From: a virus
Lineage: Duplodnaviria; Caudoviricetes
Reading direction: 5' to 3' (one strand)
DNA length: 64,000 nt
Virus record (IMG/VR): IMGVR_UViG_3300042878_000198
Location: 952 to 64,951 of that record
The first letter of the stretch is position 1. The number at the start of each line of letters is the position of its first letter. The notes under the pieces were generated by a model. It was not told where the DNA came from. It made no database searches and saw only the letters and a list, made by a program, of their open reading frames with translations. Position numbers and translations under genes: made by a program. Of the stretch, positions 49,037 to 56,549 are shown one piece after another.

Positions 49037-49147
49037 TACATGCATTCAGCGACAGACCCAAACGGGGCCCTAGCGTGCACGGGTGTTCGGCACTCTCCCG
49101 CGTGTAGTTACGTAGGGCAACCGACAGCTCCAAAGAGGGAGCATATA

Positions 49148-49189
49148 TAGGGCGTGCTGGCTTATATGGGTTCGATTCCCAACGCCCTG
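49148..49189 (+). ncRNA. tRNA top-half mimic (acceptor stem plus T-arm)
   Basis: AGGGCGT/ACGCCCT stem, 11-nt linker, TGGG-TTCGATT-CCCA. Confidence 0.6.
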
Positions 49190-49225
49190 CTATTCAATCA
49201 ATAATCAATCAAAACCCCTAAAAAC

Positions 49226-49495
49226 ATGGAAAATGTATCTTTTGCTTACCTAGAATCAATTGGAAAATCTAAAATTTGGCAAGCCTATGCCGACAACTTC
49301 GCAGGCGAGGAAATCATGCAAGAAGGCTTCAATCCAAATTCTGGCTATGTATACATAGCTTTAGAAAATGGGATTTCGATTTGCAGTTTATTAGGTGGGA
49401 ACGTGGAATTTCTAGTTTCAGAACATGAGAACGGTGAGGAACTATTTTTTGATAGTTACCAAGAGCTAGAAAAATACCTTAATCCAGAAGATTAA
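49226..49495 (+). CDS. Early acidic hypothetical protein (89 aa)
   Basis: First ORF after the early promoter (GFNPNSGYVYIALENG). Confidence 0.75.
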   Translation: MENVSFAYLESIGKSKIWQAYADNFAGEEIMQEGFNPNSGYVYIALENGISICSLLGGNVEFLVSEHENGEELFFDSYQELEKYLNPED

Positions 49496-49499
49496 TAAA

Positions 49500-49604
49500 A
49501 TGCGAAAAGCTACTAAAGTACTCGGACAAATTATTTACACCATTCTAGCACTTAGCCCAATTTTATTTTTGGGCTACTTGCTAGGATTAAAAATACTTAA
49601 CTAA
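49500..49604 (+). CDS. Small single-TM protein (34 aa)
   Basis: Manual translation MRKATKVLGQIIYTILALSPILFLGYLLGLKILN. Confidence 0.55.
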   Translation: MRKATKVLGQIIYTILALSPILFLGYLLGLKILN

Positions 49605-49626
49605 ACCCCCAACCCCCCCCCAGAAA

Positions 49627-49845
49627 ATGGAAAATTTTATTAACACCGTTCTAATTATTGAGAAGTATTTTAAGCCCTCAATAGGCGCTTATACCTGTGC
49701 CTGTATGGCCATGGAGTTGGCACCATATTACGAAAAATTAGCCCTCCTAGAAGTCAATAATCCTAGCCTAGTACATGAAACAATTCTACACGATTACGAG
49801 GGGCTGAGAAGTGACAACGACTATTTTATTCCAAGACTAGCATAA
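49627..49845 (+). CDS. Early hypothetical protein (72 aa)
   Basis: ORF track. Confidence 0.65.
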   Translation: MENFINTVLIIEKYFKPSIGAYTCACMAMELAPYYEKLALLEVNNPSLVHETILHDYEGLRSDNDYFIPRLA

Positions 49846-49852
49846 AAAAATA

Positions 49853-49893
49853 CTCCCGCCACTAAGGGCGTGGCCTTCGATGGCAAGCGGGAG
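49853..49893 (+). ncRNA. Second tRNA top-half-like element
   Basis: CTCCCGC/GCGGGAG stem, 11-nt linker, (TG)GCC-TTCGAT-GGC(AA). Confidence 0.45.
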
Positions 49894-49929
49894 CAAACAA
49901 TTTTAATTTCTAACCAAAACACACACACC

Positions 49930-50460
49930 ATGAAAACTCGTTTCAGTTCAAATTCAGCTCTTGCCCAAGCATGGGCGACCCAAAGCCAACCCGAAGGTAA
50001 GGGTAATTCGATGTTTTTTGTCAATGAGAACGTATACTCCTACGGCTACCACTATGTGGCGGGCACTATTCTAGAAGCCAAGGATGGCCAAAAGGTTGCC
50101 ATCATCAATGGCACGCCCAATAGCATTACCACGGCCAAGCATGTGGGTGAAGTAATGTCGGCTTCAATTAAGATATACCACACCTTCAAAATCCCATTTG
50201 GCCGTTCATTTAGTGTAGACAAGTTGCCAGCCATCTTGGAAGTGATGACCAAGGATGTGGAGAAGTTGTCCGAGAAGCAATTGCGAGCACGTACATCAAC
50301 GCATAACTTCTACATGGCCTTGCACAAGGTGGATGACATTAAAGAGTTAAGCAGGCTCTTTGACCTGCCAGTGCCCAATACGTCAAGTTTTAAATACTTT
50401 GGTGAGGCATCTGCAAATGCATTTAATAAGCGTGCCAAAAGGTTAACTGACGAGTCCTAA
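49930..50460 (+). CDS. Early hypothetical protein (176 aa, YSYGYHY motif)
   Basis: ATG 49930 follows an AACCAAAACACACAC leader; the upstream GTG start in the track lies inside an RNA element. Confidence 0.75.
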   Translation: MKTRFSSNSALAQAWATQSQPEGKGNSMFFVNENVYSYGYHYVAGTILEAKDGQKVAIINGTPNSITTAKHVGEVMSASIKIYHTFKIPFGRSFSVDKLPAILEVMTKDVEKLSEKQLRARTSTHNFYMALHKVDDIKELSRLFDLPVPNTSSFKYFGEASANAFNKRAKRLTDES

Positions 50461-50492
50461 TTGGACGAAAGCCCCCTCGGGGGTTCTTAACC
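50441..50492 (+). ncRNA. Hammerhead ribozyme, type I; predicted cleavage after C50486 (UUC)
   Basis: Stem I GGTTAA/TTAACC, CTGACGA, stem II GTCC-TAATT-GGAC, GAAA, stem III GCCCC-CTCG-GGGGT, then TC. Confidence 0.9.
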
Positions 50493-50508
50493 AAAACACA
50501 CACACACT

Positions 50509-50721
50509 ATGGGAAGATTTATCACCGCCAGATTCAAAAGCGCTTGCGCTGAGACAGGCAAAACAATCAACAAAGGCGAGTCCATCTACTTTGATGGCAA
50601 GGCCTATTGCGTGGATTCTAAGGCCTACAGGGACAGAAAAGAGGCCAACCAGACCTTTGCCCACATCAAGGCAAATGAGGACGCTTACTATGACAATTTC
50701 TGTATTCAAAACAACATCTAA
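50509..50721 (+). CDS. Early Cys-containing protein (70 aa)
   Basis: ARFKSACAETGKTINKGE.I motif. Confidence 0.7.
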   Translation: MGRFITARFKSACAETGKTINKGESIYFDGKAYCVDSKAYRDRKEANQTFAHIKANEDAYYDNFCIQNNI

Positions 50722-50738
50722 CCAAACCCCTTTTAACT

Positions 50739-50933
50739 ATGTTTTACCAAATCAATTTCGAAAAGAGACGTGAGTTAATCCAAGACGTAATCGACCGCTT
50801 GACCCGTCTAAATGCCGAGCAAGGTGCTCAATATCTGCAGGAGTTAGAAAGCTTGCACGACAGGTTCAACCTAAATTTAAAAACGAACGCCATGGGTGTC
50901 CGACACTATCCAATTAACCAAAATCTAAAATAA
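50739..50933 (+). CDS. Hypothetical protein (64 aa)
   Basis: ORF track. Confidence 0.6.
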   Translation: MFYQINFEKRRELIQDVIDRLTRLNAEQGAQYLQELESLHDRFNLNLKTNAMGVRHYPINQNLK

Positions 50934-50934
50934 G

Positions 50935-51120
50935 ATGACCGACCTATTTGAAACAATGGAAGAACTACCTGAGCGAGTTCAAAAAATCCTGTGGGAATAT
51001 GCTTGGGAGGAAAAAAGCTATGAGGCGTGTGAGAGAATGTTAATCGACCTAGAAGCCGAGGGCTACACGTTTGAGTTTGGCCTAGATGCCGAGCCGTTTA
51101 ATCTAACTAAAATGGACTAA
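50935..51120 (+). CDS. Acidic hypothetical protein (61 aa)
   Basis: GYTFEFGLDAEPFNL motif. Confidence 0.7.
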   Translation: MTDLFETMEELPERVQKILWEYAWEEKSYEACERMLIDLEAEGYTFEFGLDAEPFNLTKMD

Positions 51121-51124
51121 GCAG

Positions 51125-51286
51125 GTGGAAAAGAAAATTTATTTCAGCGTCTGGATAAGCAAGGAATTGATTTGGGAGGGCTTAGCGTCCTCCTCATTTG
51201 AGGCAATTGACAGGGCGTACTCAAAATACGCCCACCTTGAGCCCCCTATAAATCGGTCCCAATTGTACGCAAAAGTAAAAAAATAA
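51125..51286 (+). CDS. Possible hypothetical protein (53 aa, GTG start)
   Basis: Manual translation MEKKIYFSVWISKELIWEG...; fills the gap. Confidence 0.4.
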   Translation: MEKKIYFSVWISKELIWEGLASSSFEAIDRAYSKYAHLEPPINRSQLYAKVKK

Positions 51287-51295
51287 AGCATTGCG

Positions 51296-51327
51296 CTTGG
51301 ATAAGTTCATATCTGGCACTATGTTCG
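51296..51327 (+). promoter_or_regulatory. Second early promoter candidate
   Basis: CTTG, 20-nt spacer, TATGTTCG (near TAnnTTTG). Confidence 0.45.
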
Positions 51328-51366
51328 CTTATAATTAGTTCAACATCCAATAAATCAAACAAAATC

Positions 51367-51567
51367 ATGGAAATCAAAATTATTGACGGCTTCGTCTGGT
51401 TAATCGTAACCCGACAGGCAAAAGAAGTATTCGAGTCAAACCTATTCGAGTTGTATGCAGTCTATGAAGATGGCTCTGAAGGGTTAATTTTCGACCTTGA
51501 AAGTCTAGAAAAGTGCATTGCAAACGGCACTAATATTGGTATCGAAGGAGGATTCATCAACACTTAA
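51367..51567 (+). CDS. Hypothetical protein (66 aa)
   Basis: ORF track. Confidence 0.7.
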   Translation: MEIKIIDGFVWLIVTRQAKEVFESNLFELYAVYEDGSEGLIFDLESLEKCIANGTNIGIEGGFINT

Positions 51568-51571
51568 AACT

Positions 51572-51805
51572 ATGTACGCATACAAAATCAACACCACGCC
51601 ATACAGCGAGGAGGGCTTCTTGCTTATTACAGACTTGACAGGACCAGAGGTCGAGGATGTAATTTATCCCATCGTACTAGCCGAGCGGGAGCAGGGCATA
51701 GACTATACCAACGAGCAGTTGGTTAAGGAGCTCAAGAAGAAATATCCAAAGAGTTCTATCAAGGCTTACTATTCGTCTCAAGACTTTATGGAGCTATCTT
51801 TCTAA
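51572..51805 (+). CDS. Hypothetical protein (77 aa), paralog of 52561-52785
   Basis: INTT..EE.F.L.T.LT...I.PIV..ER....YTN..LV..L...YP is shared. Confidence 0.7.
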   Translation: MYAYKINTTPYSEEGFLLITDLTGPEVEDVIYPIVLAEREQGIDYTNEQLVKELKKKYPKSSIKAYYSSQDFMELSF

Positions 51806-51837
51806 ATTACGGGAGGGGTGTCTTCAAAGACACTCCC

Positions 51838-51890
51838 TTCAGTCCATGGGTGTGTGCCCATGCTGATGAGACTAAAAAGTCGAAACTGAA
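51838..51890 (+). ncRNA. Hammerhead ribozyme, type III; predicted cleavage after C51844 (GUC)
   Basis: Stem III TTCAG/CTGAA, TC, stem I CATGGG-TGTGTG-CCCATG, CTGATGA, stem II GACT-AAAA-AGTC, GAAA. Confidence 0.93.
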
Positions 51891-51912
51891 ACCAAAATAA
51901 ACCATTTAACAC

Positions 51913-52152
51913 ATGAACAAACAAACAAAAGCAACCCATTGGGTACTCGCATACGGAAGGGATTGCGATGGCTACAATTCAGGACACATTTATGCATTCG
52001 ACAACGAGAAGGATGCCAATGATTGCGAGCGTGAATCGAACTATTCTTCTGATGGCCTAAGGTATTTTGCCACTAGCGTCTGGTCGGATGTCGAGGAGTA
52101 CTGCGATGATTACAACAAGGACTCATCAAGATACAAAACCATTACAACATGA
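51913..52152 (+). CDS. Hypothetical protein (79 aa, GRDCDG motif)
   Basis: ORF track. Confidence 0.7.
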   Translation: MNKQTKATHWVLAYGRDCDGYNSGHIYAFDNEKDANDCERESNYSSDGLRYFATSVWSDVEEYCDDYNKDSSRYKTITT

Positions 52153-52424
52153 AAAAAGAAATCAATTTCGACCACGATGCCAAGTCCCTAGTGGATGCGC
52201 TTGGCATTGAACCGCACGCATTTGCAACCCAGCTGGCAGCCGTGATGGCTATCTACGAGGCCAATGACGAAAACAAAGTGAGTAAACTTAGCCATCTGGT
52301 GCACTCATGCATTGACTACAAAATTATTTTGTTGATGGCCACTACCCAACTGGTTGGTGTTGTTGAGCGCTTCAACAACTCAAATGACATGGATGACTTG
52401 TTTAACACCCTATCAAAAAACTAG
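52149..52424 (+). CDS. Hypothetical protein (91 aa)
   Basis: ORF track; ATGA overlap. Confidence 0.7.
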   Translation: MKKEINFDHDAKSLVDALGIEPHAFATQLAAVMAIYEANDENKVSKLSHLVHSCIDYKIILLMATTQLVGVVERFNNSNDMDDLFNTLSKN

Positions 52425-52426
52425 CC

Positions 52427-52564
52427 ATGAATCGGTTCATGGCAATTACAGGGGAGTTGGCCAAATTCTTTTTTGTGTCACTTCCCTTGGCCATTGTGGT
52501 TTACATTGCGTTGCATATTGGCTTTATATTTTACATCATTTATAAAAAAATCAAACAATTATGA
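52427..52564 (+). CDS. Small membrane protein (45 aa)
   Basis: Manual translation with one TM helix; overlaps the next start. Confidence 0.55.
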   Translation: MNRFMAITGELAKFFFVSLPLAIVVYIALHIGFIFYIIYKKIKQL

Positions 52565-52785
52565 AAGCATTCGAAATTAACACTACGGCATGGGATGAGG
52601 AGAACTTTATCCTATTCACAAACTTGACTGATAGTCAAATAAAAAAAATAATTGAGCCAATCGTTTTTTACGAGAGGGCAGGCGGTGACGAGTATACCAA
52701 TGACTCACTAGTGGATGCACTCATAGATGCCTATCCAGATAATCAAATTTATTATTACACAACACCTAAACGAATAGAGATATGA
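52561..52785 (+). CDS. Hypothetical protein (74 aa), paralog of 51572-51805
   Basis: Alignment by eye. Confidence 0.7.
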   Translation: MKAFEINTTAWDEENFILFTNLTDSQIKKIIEPIVFYERAGGDEYTNDSLVDALIDAYPDNQIYYYTTPKRIEI

Positions 52786-52988
52786 AATTTACACCGACAA
52801 GCGAGGCTGCAAGACAAGAGGTCTTGGAGTACGCAATTAAAGAGATGGCTAACAACGAACATCAAGCCATTAAAAGAATGATTATTGAGAACTTTATGCT
52901 TTGGTATACAGGAGAGTTGACTGAAGAAATGCAGTGTTTTATTAATGAGTATGTAAAAGATGACCATGTAAACGAACTAACAAAATAA
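52782..52988 (+). CDS. Hypothetical protein (68 aa)
   Basis: ORF track; coupled. Confidence 0.65.
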   Translation: MKFTPTSEAARQEVLEYAIKEMANNEHQAIKRMIIENFMLWYTGELTEEMQCFINEYVKDDHVNELTK

Positions 52989-52992
52989 CTCT

Positions 52993-53427
52993 ATGGACAT
53001 CACTAGACTCAGAACCCTTACTTTAAAAAGTAAGGCGTTCTTTTACAACGACCCAAATTGGAGCGTTGAGAAACTGATTACTGATAAATCATTCATTGTT
53101 TTAAAAACATATTACGAGCAAGAAAAGATATCGTTTAATCAAGAGGTGCTTGATATTCTCAAGTCGAAGTATTCAAATTTTATTGAAATAGATAAGCCTT
53201 CAAAACTGAAAGGATGGCATGATATTATATTTAAAAACAACTATCATGAAATGACCTATGACAGGTTAAAAAAAATATGCATATACTATCGAATAAAATA
53301 CGGACGAGCCAATAAAGAAATATGGCTAATAATGAAAAAGAAAAAAAGCGAAATGATTAACACAGAATCAAAATCAAGAATGGTAATTTCAAAAAAAGAT
53401 TTACAGGGAAAAAATCACGGAAAATAA
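52993..53427 (+). CDS. Basic hypothetical protein (144 aa, AT-rich)
   Basis: ORF track. Confidence 0.65.
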   Translation: MDITRLRTLTLKSKAFFYNDPNWSVEKLITDKSFIVLKTYYEQEKISFNQEVLDILKSKYSNFIEIDKPSKLKGWHDIIFKNNYHEMTYDRLKKICIYYRIKYGRANKEIWLIMKKKKSEMINTESKSRMVISKKDLQGKNHGK

Positions 53428-53429
53428 TT

Positions 53430-53591
53430 ATGAAAATCAAAATCGAAATCGAGGTGCCCGAGGACATGGACTTGGAGCATACATTGGAATGCCTCACAGA
53501 TGCAATGTACTACGCTGACTGCGTTACAATCAAGGAGGAGGACCTAGTCATCCAAATCATTCAAGAGCTACAAAAACAAAAAGAGAAATGA
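53430..53591 (+). CDS. Acidic hypothetical protein (53 aa)
   Basis: Manual translation; ATGA overlap with the next gene. Confidence 0.6.
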   Translation: MKIKIEIEVPEDMDLEHTLECLTDAMYYADCVTIKEEDLVIQIIQELQKQKEK

Positions 53592-53977
53592 AATTAGAAA
53601 TCGAATTGAATCAAGAAATCTTAGAAGATATTTTTGTTACCGCACTAGAAGGCGGTAGCAACTATTGGTACTATATAGGCGAGGATACTTACAATCGAAT
53701 TAGAAAGGTGGTAAGTAAAGAAGATGAGCCGTACCTAGCCGTAGCAATGTTGAAGGCCGTGCTAGACCATGGTGTTGAGGTAGCAATCAACGATGTTGAG
53801 AGTGAGGAGGAGGAGATTGGTTGGATTAGCAAAGAGACCATGCAGGAGCGCCTGCAGGACCTATACAATAGCGAATACAGGTGGGCATTGGAGGCCCACA
53901 TGAATGAGGAGGGTGACTCCGAATCGGCTGACATCGTGTTTCAATACATAGTAATCGGAGAGGCCATATACGGATAA
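53588..53977 (+). CDS. Acidic hypothetical protein (129 aa)
   Basis: TALEGGSNYW...ADIVFQ....GE.IYG, a common phage family motif. Confidence 0.75.
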   Translation: MKLEIELNQEILEDIFVTALEGGSNYWYYIGEDTYNRIRKVVSKEDEPYLAVAMLKAVLDHGVEVAINDVESEEEEIGWISKETMQERLQDLYNSEYRWALEAHMNEEGDSESADIVFQYIVIGEAIYG

Positions 53978-54012
53978 TAAATATTTAAACAAAATTTAAT
54001 CAATTTAAAACT

Positions 54013-54255
54013 ATGGAAAATTTCAAAGATTGGCAAGACTCTGGTCGTTGCTACACCAGAAAACACTTTCTATCCCTTTTCCCGACAGCTGAATTGCTAG
54101 GAGCCTGTGATGAGGTGATGCTATACGATGGTGATTACTACATTCAAGGCTTATTCGGGGGCTCTTACTACTTTAGCAACACCAATCGGAGCAAGAGCAT
54201 CGAGGAGGTGGAGAAGAATTTATTTTTGGAAAAAGTCATGCAAAAGATAGACTAG
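54013..54255 (+). CDS. Hypothetical protein (80 aa)
   Basis: ORF track. Confidence 0.65.
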   Translation: MENFKDWQDSGRCYTRKHFLSLFPTAELLGACDEVMLYDGDYYIQGLFGGSYYFSNTNRSKSIEEVEKNLFLEKVMQKID

Positions 54256-54299
54256 TATTAAACATTTTAATACCTTTACAATTCATTAAATACAATCAA

Positions 54300-54602
54300 A
54301 TGAAACACGAAGTTTTTAATCAATACGTAGAAAGGGTAGTCAACCTCTTTGGGATAACCAAGGAGGCTTTCTTTTCGAAAACAAAGAAGCGAGAGGTAGT
54401 CGATGCTAGGCAATTGATTTACTACCTGTGCGCCAAGAGGCCGATGCAAATCACTTACATCGAAAGGTACATGAATGAGTCTGGATACGAAATCAAGCAT
54501 TCAACAATCATCCATGGCATAACTGCTGTAGAGAAAAGGATAGCAGAAGACAAGGACTACGTGTCAGTTGTAAAAGAAGTTGAGCGAGCAGTTTTTATCT
54601 AG
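54300..54602 (+). CDS. DnaA C-terminal (domain IV)-like HTH DNA-binding protein
   Basis: KKREVVDARQLIYYLC...HSTIIHGI motif; -7-like box TACCTTTA at 54271. Confidence 0.75.
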   Translation: MKHEVFNQYVERVVNLFGITKEAFFSKTKKREVVDARQLIYYLCAKRPMQITYIERYMNESGYEIKHSTIIHGITAVEKRIAEDKDYVSVVKEVERAVFI

Positions 54603-54607
54603 GAATC

Positions 54608-54868
54608 ATGTACAATTCAGAAGAGTTTTACGATGAGACGTTTGAGTTCAATTATGAGGACTCAGACTACATCTGGAAGGGTGACTACAGGGTCGAGTCC
54701 TACGATGAGGATGGAGACTACGATAGCCCTCCTGTTGGAGAAACAAAGGTTAAGCTAATCTATACCACAGAATTGCTTAAAACAAACAATGAGGGCGAGT
54801 ATGAGGCATTTGTGCTCGACCATGATTTAAAATATTTTATTACAGAATACATCAAAGAATCACTTTAA
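54608..54868 (+). CDS. Highly acidic hypothetical protein (86 aa)
   Basis: ORF track; D/E/Y-rich. Confidence 0.65.
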   Translation: MYNSEEFYDETFEFNYEDSDYIWKGDYRVESYDEDGDYDSPPVGETKVKLIYTTELLKTNNEGEYEAFVLDHDLKYFITEYIKESL

Positions 54869-54882
54869 ACACCCAAACAAAA

Positions 54883-55506
54883 ATGGAAAAGAAAAAATCA
54901 GTATTTGACAGGCTAAGTGCCATCAACGTCAATGAGCACGTTGAAAAGAAAAGCAACCTAACCTACCTATCATGGGCATGGGCATGGTCAGTAACAAAGA
55001 AGGAGTGCCCAGATGCAACCTACAAAATCCTGCCTACAGACTACGATGATTCTCTGGGCTTCATGTGTCAGACAGAGGTGACCATCGAGGGCGAGACGCT
55101 AGGTATGTGGCTTCCTGTCATGGACGGAGCAAACAGGTCAATGAAGAAGGGTGAGTATACTGGTAAGTACGGGAAGACAGTTGATGGAGCTACTACGTTC
55201 GACATCAACAAGACCATCATGCGCTGCTTGGTTAAGAACCTAGCCATGTTTGGCTTGGGCATCTACATCTATGCAGGTGAGGACGTTCCTGAGGGTGAGA
55301 CAATAGCGCCTACGCCTGCTCCTGCAAAGGCTAAGGTAAGCACAGGGCTAATTGACTTGTCGGTTGATGATTCCAATTGGAACGGAGTTGTCAAGTATGC
55401 CAAGGACAACAAGGCACTAGGATTTGACAAGATAGGTCAGCAGTTGGGCAGGAAGTACAACATGAACAATGAAGTGAAGCAAGCAATCGTAAACCTACTG
55501 AAATAA
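54883..55506 (+). CDS. Sak-type (DUF1071, Rad52-like) single-strand annealing protein
   Basis: LTYLSWAWAW, MWLPVMD and INKTIMRCLVKNLAMFGLGIYIYAGED. Confidence 0.85.
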   Translation: MEKKKSVFDRLSAINVNEHVEKKSNLTYLSWAWAWSVTKKECPDATYKILPTDYDDSLGFMCQTEVTIEGETLGMWLPVMDGANRSMKKGEYTGKYGKTVDGATTFDINKTIMRCLVKNLAMFGLGIYIYAGEDVPEGETIAPTPAPAKAKVSTGLIDLSVDDSNWNGVVKYAKDNKALGFDKIGQQLGRKYNMNNEVKQAIVNLLK

Positions 55507-56276
55507 TGAAGACACTACTGGAGACAATTGACCTAACAGGGGAGCCGAATATCTTGGCTCTCCTTACTGACGACAAGGAGTACTACAGCGGTATTGGAAA
55601 GAACTACCTATCCAACTCGGACATCGGAACGCTATTAAACAATCCAAAGGATTTTGGTAAGCCAAGAGAGGACAGCAAGGCATTCATGGATGGCAGGTAC
55701 TTCCACCAATTGATTCTGGAGCCCGAGAAGGCTAAGCTAACTCCATCCGTGGATGTGAGCACCAGAACCACCAAGGAGTACAAGAACTACTGCGAGACAA
55801 ATAATCTTCCGTTCTGTATGCTCAAGAAGGAGCAGGAGGAGGTAGAGGAATTGGTTGACATCATCAAGGGCAACATCACATTCTACGATGAGATTTTCAG
55901 AGAGGGCAATCAGTACGAGGTCCCTGCTGTAGGTAAGATTCAGGGCATGATGTGGAAGGGTAAGGCTGACATCGTTGGATGGGACTTCTTGATTGACCTG
56001 AAGACCACAGGAGACATCCAGAAATTTAAATACTCAGCCAAGGCATACAACTACGACTCGCAGTGCTATATTTATCAGCAATTATTTGGCAAGCCCTTGG
56101 TGTTTTACGTGATTGACAAGACCTCTGGTGTATTAGGCATTTTTAAGCCCACTGAGGACTTTGTACGCTCAGGTGAGTCCAAGGTAGCCAGAGCCATAGA
56201 AGTCTTCTCTAAGTACTTCGGAAGCACTCCTACGGACAACATCGAGAACTACTACATAGATGAATATTTACTTTAA
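55506..56276 (+). CDS. PD-(D/E)XK exonuclease (RecE/DUF3799-like)
   Basis: LSNSDI, G.YFH.LILEP, KGKADI, IDLKTT and YDSQ..IY. Confidence 0.85.
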   Translation: MKTLLETIDLTGEPNILALLTDDKEYYSGIGKNYLSNSDIGTLLNNPKDFGKPREDSKAFMDGRYFHQLILEPEKAKLTPSVDVSTRTTKEYKNYCETNNLPFCMLKKEQEEVEELVDIIKGNITFYDEIFREGNQYEVPAVGKIQGMMWKGKADIVGWDFLIDLKTTGDIQKFKYSAKAYNYDSQCYIYQQLFGKPLVFYVIDKTSGVLGIFKPTEDFVRSGESKVARAIEVFSKYFGSTPTDNIENYYIDEYLL

Positions 56277-56287
56277 TCAATAAAAAA

Positions 56288-56467
56288 ATGAAAATCAAAA
56301 TAGAATTTACAAATGATGGGTATGATTGGGAGAAGGGTGATAAAGGAATGCTTGTTAAATTAATTAATAAAGATTTTGTAATCCTTGCAGTAATTATCCT
56401 AAATAAGAATGGAAAATTTGTGACCTCTCATTTACACGAAAACAATTTTAAGGGGTTTGTTTATTAG
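56288..56467 (+). CDS. Small hypothetical protein (59 aa)
   Basis: Manual translation; AT-rich insert. Confidence 0.5.
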   Translation: MKIKIEFTNDGYDWEKGDKGMLVKLINKDFVILAVIILNKNGKFVTSHLHENNFKGFVY

Positions 56468-56549
56468 AGTAAGAGTACGGGAGGCTAAGGGACCCCACCT
56501 GCCTGCAATTGGGGTGTGAGGTGTTAGCAGGTAGTCTCCCTTTTAAAAT

